Virus record (IMG/VR): IMGVR_UViG_3300017766_001048
Location: 1-25,020 of that record
DNA: 25,020 nucleotides
Direction: 5' to 3' (one strand)
Origin: a virus
Taxonomy: Duplodnaviria > Caudoviricetes
Shown here piece by piece: positions 1 through 8,525 of this stretch. The translations under genes and the position numbers were made by a program. Under the pieces are notes generated by a model, which was not told where the DNA came from, did no database searches, and worked only from the letters and a program-made list of their open reading frames with translations. Position 1 is the stretch's first letter, and each line of letters starts with the position of its first letter.

Positions 1-408
1 GCGATAACCTTGAGCTTCGGCAGCTCCAAGCGGAGTGAATTGTCCAGACGGCTGAAGTCTTCCACCTTCAAAAGGGGCAAGCATTCCAGTCGGCTCTGCC
101 ATTTGGCCCATAGTGCCGACAAACTGCTGCGCCACCCCAACATTCTTCGCATCCTGAACCGCTTGTTCGAGCTGTTGAGGAGAACCAACCTGAGCTTGAA
201 CCTGAGCAGGAGTTAGCGCGGAGACTTGGCCAGCTTCCTCACGCCGACGCATCTCAGCGATGGTGGCTGGACCTTGAGATGGCTTAGGTTGGGCGGAGAT
301 TCCCTGCGCCGCTTCGTAATCGGAAATGGCTTTGTAGTCCGCTTCTGTAGGAGGATTCGGATTCGACCAGTTGTATTCCAGACCAGATGGAGATGTGATT
401 TTTCCCAT
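1..408 (-). CDS. Putative internal virion / DNA ejection protein (3'-truncated by the window edge)
   Basis: Not in the ORF track. My translation from the ATG at 408 (MGKITSPSGLEYNWSNPNPPTEADYKAISDYEAAQG...) stays open to base 1. It starts 2 nt after the previous stop and is A/Q/G-rich. Function inferred from position. Confidence 0.6.
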   Translation of the reverse strand, partial: MGKITSPSGLEYNWSNPNPPTEADYKAISDYEAAQGISAQPKPSQGPATIAEMRRREEAGQVSALTPAQVQAQVGSPQQLEQAVQDAKNVGVAQQFVGTMGQMAEPTGMLAPFEGGRLQPSGQFTPLGAAEAQGYR

Positions 409-410
409 AA

Positions 411-1790
411 TTACGGGGTGTAAATGAATCCAGAAGAAACGTTAGTCGAACCTGTAAACGGAGTTACACCAGCAGGAAGTGACGGAGCGGTTCCGGCTGA
501 TCCAGCGGGAGGCGATTGACGCTGCTGGCCAAATGGGGTTAGGGGCAGCTTGTAACGGGTGACAAGTTCGTTGGCCAACTTCACCTGCTCTGGAGAGATT
601 TTGCGCTTCGTCTTAAGGTCATCAATCGTACTCCACAGGTTTTCAGCGGCAAATTTAGCAAAGTTGTTAATGTCGTTGACAAAGTTTTTGCTCCTGATGT
701 CACCGATTGCCGCTTTCAACCGAACCTGTTCAGGCACTGTAACAGCCTTGCCGGAAGTGGCGAATGCCTCTTCATTGAACACTGTGTTAAATCTTTGAAG
801 AAGCTCGTAAGCGTCTTTTTCTTCGTTAGTTTTTGATTCCTTTAATCTACGAGAAATTTCACCAATTTTACCATCGATAATACCAACGTAATTCTGAATT
901 TTTCCTTTTCCATACGTTTGTTCAAACTTGTTCAATTCATCAACAAGTCTGGCTGAACCCTTTGCAGTATTCTGATCGCCGCTCATCCGACGGGCATCGT
1001 CTCCTTCAGGCCACTTCCAATCACTTTGCATCACGGAACCCTTGATTCTCGAAGCGGTACGAGCGTCAGCGGGTCCAAACAACTCTTGCCAATCGTCAAC
1101 AGCATCATTTGCAATGGTCATTTTCATGCTGTCAGAAGGATTGATGCGCCCTGCTCGACGAGCCTCAACATTGGCGCGAGCAGTCTTGATTCGTTGCTCA
1201 AGGGGAATATTTTTGTCCAACTGATAAACCTCTTCGGACATTTCTGTTCCGAGGTCTTTAATAGTTTTTGCCTCATTCATCCGCTGCCTAATTGCGGGGG
1301 CGTTTTTCTGATAAACCTCTTCGTTAACCTCTCCGGTCTGAGGATTAAAAACATCGATACCCTGATTCTGCATCTCTGTTATGATGTCAGACCTAGTCTT
1401 TTCAAACTGTTCACGAGCTTTGATGATTTTTGCTCGCGGAGAGTACTGCTGAAGACCTTGGTACGCTTGAATTGCCTGTTGGTTGAACACCTTTGACCTA
1501 AAGCGCGGCAGAGCAGGCATTGGAGCCTTCAACTCAGGATCATTGAAGTAAGTTCCAATGTCCTCGTTGAACTTCTGAAAGATATCATACTCAGCAGCCT
1601 GAGCTTCTTGTTCTGCCAGCGCATCAGCATACGCCTTCGACTGAATCTTGTTCTGAAGATCCGCCTGACGCTGGCGCATGATCTGGTCAGCCGTCTGCAT
1701 CTGGAACTGCTCCATCATCCGCTTTTGCGTCTGCGCGCGGTCGTAGAGGCTTGCGCCTAGCTGAAATGCTTGAAGGGTTTCGTCGGCCAT
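411..1790 (-). CDS. Putative internal virion / ejection protein, 459 aa
   Basis: Helical Q/A/E/K-rich protein without Cys. It follows a pilot-like gene downstream of the tail genes, the usual podovirus ejection-protein position. Confidence 0.55.
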   Translation of the reverse strand: MADETLQAFQLGASLYDRAQTQKRMMEQFQMQTADQIMRQRQADLQNKIQSKAYADALAEQEAQAAEYDIFQKFNEDIGTYFNDPELKAPMPALPRFRSKVFNQQAIQAYQGLQQYSPRAKIIKAREQFEKTRSDIITEMQNQGIDVFNPQTGEVNEEVYQKNAPAIRQRMNEAKTIKDLGTEMSEEVYQLDKNIPLEQRIKTARANVEARRAGRINPSDSMKMTIANDAVDDWQELFGPADARTASRIKGSVMQSDWKWPEGDDARRMSGDQNTAKGSARLVDELNKFEQTYGKGKIQNYVGIIDGKIGEISRRLKESKTNEEKDAYELLQRFNTVFNEEAFATSGKAVTVPEQVRLKAAIGDIRSKNFVNDINNFAKFAAENLWSTIDDLKTKRKISPEQVKLANELVTRYKLPLTPFGQQRQSPPAGSAGTAPSLPAGVTPFTGSTNVSSGFIYTP

Positions 1791-1794
1791 AAAA

Positions 1795-2607
1795 TCAACC
1801 TACTTCGGGGATTATTCCGGTGATGCTCATGTCGGAGCCGGTTCCCATTCCAGCTCCGCGATATTCAGATCCTGCCGGAGGTGCTGAGTAGAGATTTGTC
1901 GGCATCTGCGCCATCAACCCACGCTGGGTGTACGCGCCACCAGCGAATCCGCCAGCCTGAGAAATCGCGCTTCCGATAGCGGCCATCGTAGGATCAGGCA
2001 TCGCAGCCACCTGAGCGGCTTGCAGGTTGCGATTGTACATCGCTTGCTGCTGCTGCTGCATCACTCCAACGCGCTGGGCAGGCGTGATGAACATGCTGCT
2101 CACCGAGAACGGCTGAACCATTCCCATCGTTCGCTGCTGCTGGATGAAGTTCTGAGCTTGGGCAAGACCCTGATTCTGGAGCTGTAACGAAGTCAGCCCC
2201 AAGTCGCGCGCGGTCAAAGCTCGACCAAATCCAGATGCTCCACCGAATCCACCGGCAAGAGCGCGTCCAGCGGTCGAGCGTTGAACCTGAGCAGCGACAT
2301 CGGTCGGCAACTCACCCTTCAGCGCAGAGCCAATGTTCTTGCTGGCTTGCTGAACGATCTGATCGTAACCAGGAATCGCTCGGCGAAGCTGCGCCTCAAG
2401 CTGAGACTGCTCAGCAGCGGTCGTCTTTTGAGCGAGTTCGGTGGCAGGTTCGAGCGATGCGATGTTCTGCTGAATCGCCTGCCTCTGCTCTTGAGCGAAA
2501 TCAATCGGCTTCAGCTCGGGAATCTTCGGCTTGCTTCCCTTGCTAAGAAGACCGCCAAGCAGACTCGTTCCACCGATGATTGCCGCACCACCTAGAATAG
2601 CTCCCAT
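1795..2607 (-). CDS. Putative DNA pilot/ejection protein (P22 gp7 / T7 gp14-like position), 270 aa
   Basis: Gly/Ala-rich hydrophobic N-terminus MGAILGGAAIIGGTSLLGGLLSK, then Q-rich helices and a Gly-rich C-terminus, typical of small ejection proteins. Confidence 0.6.
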   Translation of the reverse strand: MGAILGGAAIIGGTSLLGGLLSKGSKPKIPELKPIDFAQEQRQAIQQNIASLEPATELAQKTTAAEQSQLEAQLRRAIPGYDQIVQQASKNIGSALKGELPTDVAAQVQRSTAGRALAGGFGGASGFGRALTARDLGLTSLQLQNQGLAQAQNFIQQQRTMGMVQPFSVSSMFITPAQRVGVMQQQQQAMYNRNLQAAQVAAMPDPTMAAIGSAISQAGGFAGGAYTQRGLMAQMPTNLYSAPPAGSEYRGAGMGTGSDMSITGIIPEVG

Positions 2608-2610
2608 AAA

Positions 2611-3156
2611 TTAAAATACCTCCTTCACAAGACGGTTGCCGTTCTCAATCGAGAACACCTTTTCAGGTTCGTGACGTTGGATGTTCATGGTAACCAGTCG
2701 TGCAGCCTTTTCCTCGGGAAAAGCTCGTTCGTTCTGGAAGCAATGAACCCACACACGCCGCAAAGTATCCACCTTAAAAAGCTCGTTCTCCTCGATTGTC
2801 ATCACCCCATGGAGTGACGCCCACGCATCCGCGTACTCACGAAGCGCCTGAACCGAAGGAAGGTGAACTTCGTAGCCGAATCGTTCGGTGCATTCTTTGG
2901 CTGACGACTCGGGATTCTTTTTGACGTACACCTTAATCGAGTCATCAACGACAGCCTTCGGGAGGTATCCGTAAGTCGAGCAGTCAGCGACGTACTTGTA
3001 ACGAGTCCGATATTCTTCAATCGACTGCTTCCAATTCGGATCAGTCGCACCCTGCTCATGTAGGCCAAGGCAGTCCGCTTCCAACGAGAAAAGGACCGAC
3101 ATGAATGCCGATCCGAATCGAGGCAAACCGCAAATTTGGAAGAGCTTACCTTTCAT
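2611..3156 (-). CDS. Sulfotransferase-like P-loop protein (degenerate), 181 aa
   Basis: N-terminal FQICGLPRFGSAFM resembles the PAPS-binding G-x-P-R-S-G-T loop and is followed by LHE. KKNPESS may be a worn RDP..S motif. Confidence 0.55.
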   Translation of the reverse strand: MKGKLFQICGLPRFGSAFMSVLFSLEADCLGLHEQGATDPNWKQSIEEYRTRYKYVADCSTYGYLPKAVVDDSIKVYVKKNPESSAKECTERFGYEVHLPSVQALREYADAWASLHGVMTIEENELFKVDTLRRVWVHCFQNERAFPEEKAARLVTMNIQRHEPEKVFSIENGNRLVKEVF

Positions 3157-3712
3157 TTTTTATGCACAAAGAAGTCCACGCGGCAGTACGCGCAAGGATG
3201 AAGATGGCCGACTCAGCACCGGGGATTACACCAAGCTCACTGCAAACGATCGCAGTGTAGAGCGCGGCATTCGGGTGGATGTTTTTGCCAGCTTCTTTCA
3301 TCCACCCATGAAGCTGCTCAATTCGAGCGTTCGCGTTTGGAAAGTCGGACTTGATCAGCTCGCTAACACGGCTCCATGCCGGATCGATTCGATCATTGAA
3401 GAACGAGTTTCCGAAACCTGGAATCTTCATTCCCGCCTCGATGGCCGACTTCAACGCTCGTTCGTCGAATCGTTCGTAAACGAATCGAGCAGGTCCAATC
3501 GGGCCGTGTGCATCGCCCAAACTCAGGATTGCCGAGGCGATTCCATTCGTAAGCTGCGCGCTTCCAAAGAAAGCGTTTACAGCAGCGCCGGAACTAGAGT
3601 TCTGGTTGTTCCGAGCCGCCATGTCATGCGCGTCAAAAACAGCCTGAAGCAACCCCAACTTTTGAGGAGTCGCATCAGCCAGCGCAAAGTCGATATTGAG
3701 GTTTAGAACCAT
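3146..3712 (-). CDS. Citrate synthase / citryl-CoA lyase-fold protein with a degenerate active site, 188 aa
   Basis: Colinear motifs QNSSS, IASAILSLGDAHG, IPGFGN, DPA, HPNAALY and IFILARTAAW match citrate synthase QNAST, IAAGIASLWGPAHG, GFGH, DPR, YPNVDFY and IFAMARTVGW. Confidence 0.8.
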   Translation of the reverse strand: MVLNLNIDFALADATPQKLGLLQAVFDAHDMAARNNQNSSSGAAVNAFFGSAQLTNGIASAILSLGDAHGPIGPARFVYERFDERALKSAIEAGMKIPGFGNSFFNDRIDPAWSRVSELIKSDFPNANARIEQLHGWMKEAGKNIHPNAALYTAIVCSELGVIPGAESAIFILARTAAWTSLCIKNER

Positions 3713-4674
3713 TGTGAAAACCCACCGCCATTCAACCCGACTCCGACCATTCGGATCGTGTGAACAGCGTCGCCCAAATACTGCATCGTCTGCTCCTGCA
3801 CAGCTTGAACAGCTTTGGCTTCGTAGGCCACTGCTTCCTGAATCAAATCGTTCTCTTCCTTCCGAATCGCCATGACCATCAGCTTGATGGCATCAGGACA
3901 CGGAGGAATGAGGTAGTCATTCACGCTCGTCGCGTTGATGTGGCGCATCTTCGCCATCACCGTCACCGGCTTGTCTTCCTCGTTGTTGCAACGATCAGCG
4001 AGGTAGCTGCGACGATACTGCGGCAGAGTTTCATCAGGGTCGTAAACTGCCAGATCCGTTTCCAGCGCGGTCGTCGCGTTGTACTCGTACAAACGGCTGG
4101 CCGTGTTTGTAGCTTCGCGGATGACTCCGGTCAGTTCGGTGAATTTCTTGGTCGATTGAACGTACGGCAGAGCCAGCGTCAGCTTCTCGCCGTCGATCCA
4201 GACTCCACCGCTCTGGGTTCGAATCCACTGCCCGTTCTGATCGACGCCCTGCAAGGTGATTGTCTTGCCGACATCCGAAGCGTCGCCAGGGTAGACTCGA
4301 AGATAGCTGTTAGTACCGCCAGACATGTCGCGGTAACTAACCACAGTGCCACGGTCAATAAGCTGCTTGCCGACACACACTTGGTTTCCGTTGAGAAGGC
4401 CATATCCGGTTTCTTGAAACTCGAACCATTGATTGCGAACGGTTCCGACTCCGCAGCAATCGGCGATAGCTTCAATCGTCTCGATCTGACGCGGCCAAGT
4501 GATGCAGCCACCGACAGTGTGGATTGTGAAACGTCCGTAAGCACCAGCCCACAGACCCTTGTGAAGCAGTCGGCGGCAAGCCTGATTGATGTAGTCGTAA
4601 ACGCGCGCGTCATCGACGCAAACGCCGATAGCCCGAGCAATCGTTGACCTGATATCTTGGACGATCAGCTTCAT
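3703..4674 (-). CDS. Head-tail adaptor / tail tubular protein A-like, 323 aa
   Basis: N-terminal helical pattern (..VYDYINQACRRLL..W), helical C-terminus (AIKLMVMAIRKEE..EAVAYEAKA) and position in the tail operon. Confidence 0.55.
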   Translation of the reverse strand: MKLIVQDIRSTIARAIGVCVDDARVYDYINQACRRLLHKGLWAGAYGRFTIHTVGGCITWPRQIETIEAIADCCGVGTVRNQWFEFQETGYGLLNGNQVCVGKQLIDRGTVVSYRDMSGGTNSYLRVYPGDASDVGKTITLQGVDQNGQWIRTQSGGVWIDGEKLTLALPYVQSTKKFTELTGVIREATNTASRLYEYNATTALETDLAVYDPDETLPQYRRSYLADRCNNEEDKPVTVMAKMRHINATSVNDYLIPPCPDAIKLMVMAIRKEENDLIQEAVAYEAKAVQAVQEQTMQYLGDAVHTIRMVGVGLNGGGFSQWF

Positions 4675-5393
4675 TTGGTGTAGTAGACTCGGGCGGTTCG
4701 CTTGATGAAGTAAACACCGTAGAATGGCGGTAGATTGTTGTGCGGCGCATCACCACCGGACGAAGTGGTCGGCAGCAGGTTGGCCACGCCTTCCGAACGG
4801 TTCGTCGCGCTGAACACACTCGTATCAGCCGATCCGCGCTGAGTAAGGTTGATGTACTGGTCGAGAATCTGATGCGTGTGAGACGGCATCTCGGCGGTGA
4901 CAAGCGTATGTTTGTCCTCACCGGCAACAGCGGTCGAGGTGGTCGTTCCGTTGACGCTGACAACCCCGCTCGCCGCAAACGTGCCAGCGCCAACCGGGAA
5001 TCGAGCTTCGAAATTCGTATCGATAGCCCACATCGAACCGGCGTAAGGATTGCCAGAGTAAACCGTTCCATCGCCACCATCGTAAGATAGGACATCGGCA
5101 CTCGTCCCGACAAAGATGCGGCGCTCGCTGCTGTTTGCGGCGACAGGATTCTCCCTCGACCAATACCCACCTTGAAATACCCACCAGTTACCGTTGTTGT
5201 CCAACCACGGATAAACCTGATTGTTCAGCGTCGGAGTCGTCGGACCAAAGTTGAAGAACGAGTTTCCGATGGCGCTGTTGAAATTTGCCTGAGTGCCGCT
5301 GATGACATCGTTGGCCAACTGCTGGTAGTTGGTCGGGCAATACCCGATGGGCAAACTCGGGGGCGTCAGCGTGATGAGCGTAAGGTTTGGCAT
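4671..5393 (-). CDS. Tail collar-domain / short fibre protein, 240 aa
   Basis: RFPVGAG...GEDKHTLVTAEMPSHTH...GGDAPHNNLPPFYGVYFIKR is the characteristic collar/short-fibre C-terminal signature. Confidence 0.75.
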   Translation of the reverse strand: MPNLTLITLTPPSLPIGYCPTNYQQLANDVISGTQANFNSAIGNSFFNFGPTTPTLNNQVYPWLDNNGNWWVFQGGYWSRENPVAANSSERRIFVGTSADVLSYDGGDGTVYSGNPYAGSMWAIDTNFEARFPVGAGTFAASGVVSVNGTTTSTAVAGEDKHTLVTAEMPSHTHQILDQYINLTQRGSADTSVFSATNRSEGVANLLPTTSSGGDAPHNNLPPFYGVYFIKRTARVYYTK

Positions 5394-5399
5394 GCTGTT

Positions 5400-7262
5400 T
5401 TAAGGGTTAACGGCTTCCGAGGTGTAGGTCAGCGGATTGATATCACAGACATCAAGCGGTGTGCAGGCCGGATACACCGTCCGGCATTCACCAACACTCG
5501 GCTCCTGAACATCGTAAGCGTGAACTCGCAAGCTCTTGATCCGGCAATACCCGATGATATTGAGCATCACCTGAACCTCGTAAAGGTTGCGAGCCGGTGT
5601 GCTGATCGTCTGATTGCACGGCGCATCCGAAGGCGTCGGAAAACGCATCTTCGGGCGATACTGCGGCTTGAAGTTCGTAATCGGACAAAGATCCAAACAC
5701 TGCGTCGTCGTCGCGCATTCGGAGAAGTCGATCCACTCGATCCAGCCAGGATACTGATCGGGTCGATAGGTGACGTCGAAGGAAACATCGCCCTCAAGCT
5801 GATCGATGAACAAGTCGCCAGAATCGAGGCGCTTCAGACCAAACGGAACCTCGAAGTTGTAGGCACGGCTCTGAACCAGCCATTCGATTTCCTTCTTACC
5901 CTCGGCGACGTTGTTGTCGAACTTCTCGCCCTTGGTGATTTCCCAAATTTGAATCGAGTCATCTGATCCGCGAGCGATGCAAAAGCACTGATCGCCGTAG
6001 GCGTTCTCGGTCTTAACAATCTGAAGCGCATCAAGTCCGGTCCAGATTCCAGACCACGCAGGCGGAAACTTCTTCCGCATCGACGTAATCAGGTCGAAGT
6101 CCAAGACCGCCATCGCCTTGTGAATGACACCCTCGGCATTGTACCGAGGCTGACAGGTCATCAGCAACCGATTGTCGAACACGACCGCAGAACCGGCCCA
6201 CAGGAGATTCGTCTGATCGTTCTCAATGACGTTGAGCATCTCGCTGCTGATCGGAGTGTTTCCCCAATCGGTGAACGAGCGTCGAGCGATGATGAACGAG
6301 CGAACGCCATCGACAGCGCGGTAGAATACATCGCCATTGATGGTGATGGCGGAACGAGCGCCAAGCGCACCGCTCGTAAGCAAGCTGATGGCCTGAATCG
6401 GATAGTTCAGGTTCTTCCAAACATCACGATCAACAGGCGCCTGAACCGAGAAGACGTATCGAGGTGTGAAGACTAAAAGCGGACCTTGACCGAGCGATGT
6501 GTCAGGATCGCCTGGGACTGCCATCGCCGTGATGCCGCCTGAATCCGACGGAACCGCAAAGTCTCCGCCCTCATTAAGGAAGGTGTTCTCGGTTTCTTTG
6601 AGAACACTAGCTCGCGTTCCATCCCCATAAACAATGTCAGTCGCCCTAAAGGAGAATCCATTCGGAAGCGCGTACCAGATGCGGCCATTGACGTAGGCCA
6701 TGACCTTGCCGCACTTGATTTCGTCATCCGCAGCACGACGCAGATTCGTTCCGTTGAAGATCAGCGGCCTGCTGAATCCATCCTGAATGACGACGAAGTT
6801 TTCAGCCTGAACCATCCAGCCATCGAGCAGATTCGACGGATTCTTCAGATCATCTGAAACGCTCAGGTTCTGAGCCTTGTTCTGAGCAACGTCGTAGAAC
6901 CAGACCTCGCCGCTGATCAGCATCAGGATGAACGTGCGTCCATCGTCGGCAATGTAGGGCAGCGCGCACTGGAACGTGCCGCTTATCGATTGAGGTCCGT
7001 AACAGTCTTCCGACCAGCCATCAGCGGTGACGTTCGTCTGATCAGCGGTAACCTGATCGTTGTCAGCCGTGATGGTGACGCACAGGTCGTAATTCTTCTG
7101 AACGAAGCCGGGGCGGCATGAGACAAACCCCTGTCGGAAATTGGCGTTGACCGCAAACGCCACCTGATTCTTGTCCACCTCAGACGGCATCACGCCAGCG
7201 TCAATGCCACCCTCAAAGGTGACAGTTCCGTCTGTGTACCTCCGTGGTGCGCGTTCGCTCAT
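5400..7262 (-). CDS. Tail nozzle / tail tubular protein B (P22 gp10 / T7 gp12-like), 620 aa
   Basis: Size, beta-rich composition, an N-terminal F-x-GG-I...A-x-N...RPG pattern typical of nozzle proteins, and synteny with the adaptor and ejection genes. Confidence 0.65.
   Translation of the reverse strand: MSERAPRRYTDGTVTFEGGIDAGVMPSEVDKNQVAFAVNANFRQGFVSCRPGFVQKNYDLCVTITADNDQVTADQTNVTADGWSEDCYGPQSISGTFQCALPYIADDGRTFILMLISGEVWFYDVAQNKAQNLSVSDDLKNPSNLLDGWMVQAENFVVIQDGFSRPLIFNGTNLRRAADDEIKCGKVMAYVNGRIWYALPNGFSFRATDIVYGDGTRASVLKETENTFLNEGGDFAVPSDSGGITAMAVPGDPDTSLGQGPLLVFTPRYVFSVQAPVDRDVWKNLNYPIQAISLLTSGALGARSAITINGDVFYRAVDGVRSFIIARRSFTDWGNTPISSEMLNVIENDQTNLLWAGSAVVFDNRLLMTCQPRYNAEGVIHKAMAVLDFDLITSMRKKFPPAWSGIWTGLDALQIVKTENAYGDQCFCIARGSDDSIQIWEITKGEKFDNNVAEGKKEIEWLVQSRAYNFEVPFGLKRLDSGDLFIDQLEGDVSFDVTYRPDQYPGWIEWIDFSECATTTQCLDLCPITNFKPQYRPKMRFPTPSDAPCNQTISTPARNLYEVQVMLNIIGYCRIKSLRVHAYDVQEPSVGECRTVYPACTPLDVCDINPLTYTSEAVNP
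7021..7083 (-). repeat. Three 21-nt imperfect coding repeats encoding ITADNDQ-VTADQTN-VTAD
   Basis: tcagcggtga, tcagcggtaa and tcagccgtga begin at 7021, 7042 and 7063. Confidence 0.85.
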
Positions 7263-7265
7263 GGT

Positions 7266-8471
7266 TTAAGCCTGAATACGCTGGACAGAGAATGAGGAGC
7301 CTTGATCGACGTAGAGATTGTGGTTCGTGCTAACCAACACCTCGTAAAAATCGGTTAGAGCTGTCGCCTGATCAATGTAAGTAAGAGATATTGGATGGTA
7401 TCCACTATTTGTCACGTTGAAAGGGCTTGACACTAAAATATCAGATCCGTTCTTTCTGAGAAAAACAGTCACACTTGCGGTTGTTGATACCGCATCAAGG
7501 TTAAAGTATGCGTCTATCCTGTAGTAGCCAATGTACGGAACCGTAAATCGGCCACTTGATGCCGTGAATCCAGAGGCTGAATCTAGCCCAACGTAAGACG
7601 CTGTGGTGTAAACGGATGTGCTGTACGGATTGCTTCCTGAAGTTGGGCTGACATTTGGCGCATTTGCCGCTCCAAGACCAGTCACCCTCCGCGTAAACGT
7701 GACGTAGCTGAACGGAACAATCGACGGAGCCGACAGTGTGATGTTTCCGGCGCTGTTCGTAACAACAATCGGAGACGTTCCAACAATCTCCTTCTGGAGA
7801 TAAGTCGAGCCATCGCCAACCGGAATCTTGTTCGCGGGAGCGGTCGTCAGGTTCGTGCCACCCTTGGCAATCGGAACCGTGCCGGTGACATCGGCAATCG
7901 GAATCGTGGAAACCGTGGAAACCGCGCCAAATCCGCCCGATCCTTGAGTCTTGAGATAGCCAGCCGACAGCGAATCAAGAGCAGTCTCGTTCGTCAGCGT
8001 GGCGTCCGAAGTGCGGCAAATGTACGACGCGCCAACCGGAGCGCCGCCCGATGCACCAGCAGCGCCAGTCGCCCCAATCGCACCGGCCAGAGTGATAAGG
8101 GAATTAGTCGGAATCAGGGTGGTAGGAATGGCATTGGCGATTCCAAGAACACCCGCAGCGGGGTTTTGAAGCGTCAGTTGCAGGCCGTCAACCGACAGCA
8201 CCTGCATGTAGCCAAGACCCTGAATCGAGACGAAGAACTGGCCAGCAACCGATTCCGGTAGAAATTCGGTATTATCAACGAAAACGAGGACACTCGAACC
8301 GAGAGCAGGGACAAAAAACGGAGCGGTCGTGTAGGTAAACGAGTCAATTCCGTCCGTTCCATTGGTGCCGTTGGTTCCAGCCGGACCTTGAGGGCCGGGG
8401 ATATTCACGACAACCGGCTCGGAGTCGCAAGGCTGGCAACAGCCGGATGAAGAAACAAGTTGCGACGGCAT
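7266..8471 (-). CDS. Fibre protein with short collagen-like repeats and a C-terminal C1q/TNF-like domain
   Basis: GPQGPAGTNGTNGTDG and GAIGATGAAGASG triplets; GRFTVPYIGYY matches the C1q GxFTxPxxGxY motif. Start taken at ATG 8471 (MPSQLVSSSGCCQPC) rather than 8495. Confidence 0.65.
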   Translation of the reverse strand: MPSQLVSSSGCCQPCDSEPVVVNIPGPQGPAGTNGTNGTDGIDSFTYTTAPFFVPALGSSVLVFVDNTEFLPESVAGQFFVSIQGLGYMQVLSVDGLQLTLQNPAAGVLGIANAIPTTLIPTNSLITLAGAIGATGAAGASGGAPVGASYICRTSDATLTNETALDSLSAGYLKTQGSGGFGAVSTVSTIPIADVTGTVPIAKGGTNLTTAPANKIPVGDGSTYLQKEIVGTSPIVVTNSAGNITLSAPSIVPFSYVTFTRRVTGLGAANAPNVSPTSGSNPYSTSVYTTASYVGLDSASGFTASSGRFTVPYIGYYRIDAYFNLDAVSTTASVTVFLRKNGSDILVSSPFNVTNSGYHPISLTYIDQATALTDFYEVLVSTNHNLYVDQGSSFSVQRIQA

Positions 8472-8525
8472 ATTTTTCCTTTGCCAGACGGTCAAGTCCA
8501 GAGTGAACTATTGCAAGGCCAAACT
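8472..8525. promoter_or_regulatory. 54-bp divergent intergenic region, probably carrying overlapping promoters
   Basis: It is the only spacer between two divergent operons. TTGCCA occurs on + and TTGCAA/TTGACC on -, but the -10 boxes are poor. Confidence 0.35.

Noticed and set aside
3146-3712. Calling this gltA, a functional TCA-cycle auxiliary metabolic gene
   Set aside because: It is about half the normal length and lacks the catalytic Asp, one His and a substrate-binding Arg.
3101-5966. Plus-strand ORFs of 201, 295 and 264 aa
   Set aside because: They lie opposite motif-bearing minus-strand genes and have no features of their own.
7021-7083. CRISPR-like or DGR repeats (also 21423-21484)
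   Set aside because: In-frame 21-nt coding repeats with synonymous variation; no spacers, cas genes or reverse transcriptase in the window.
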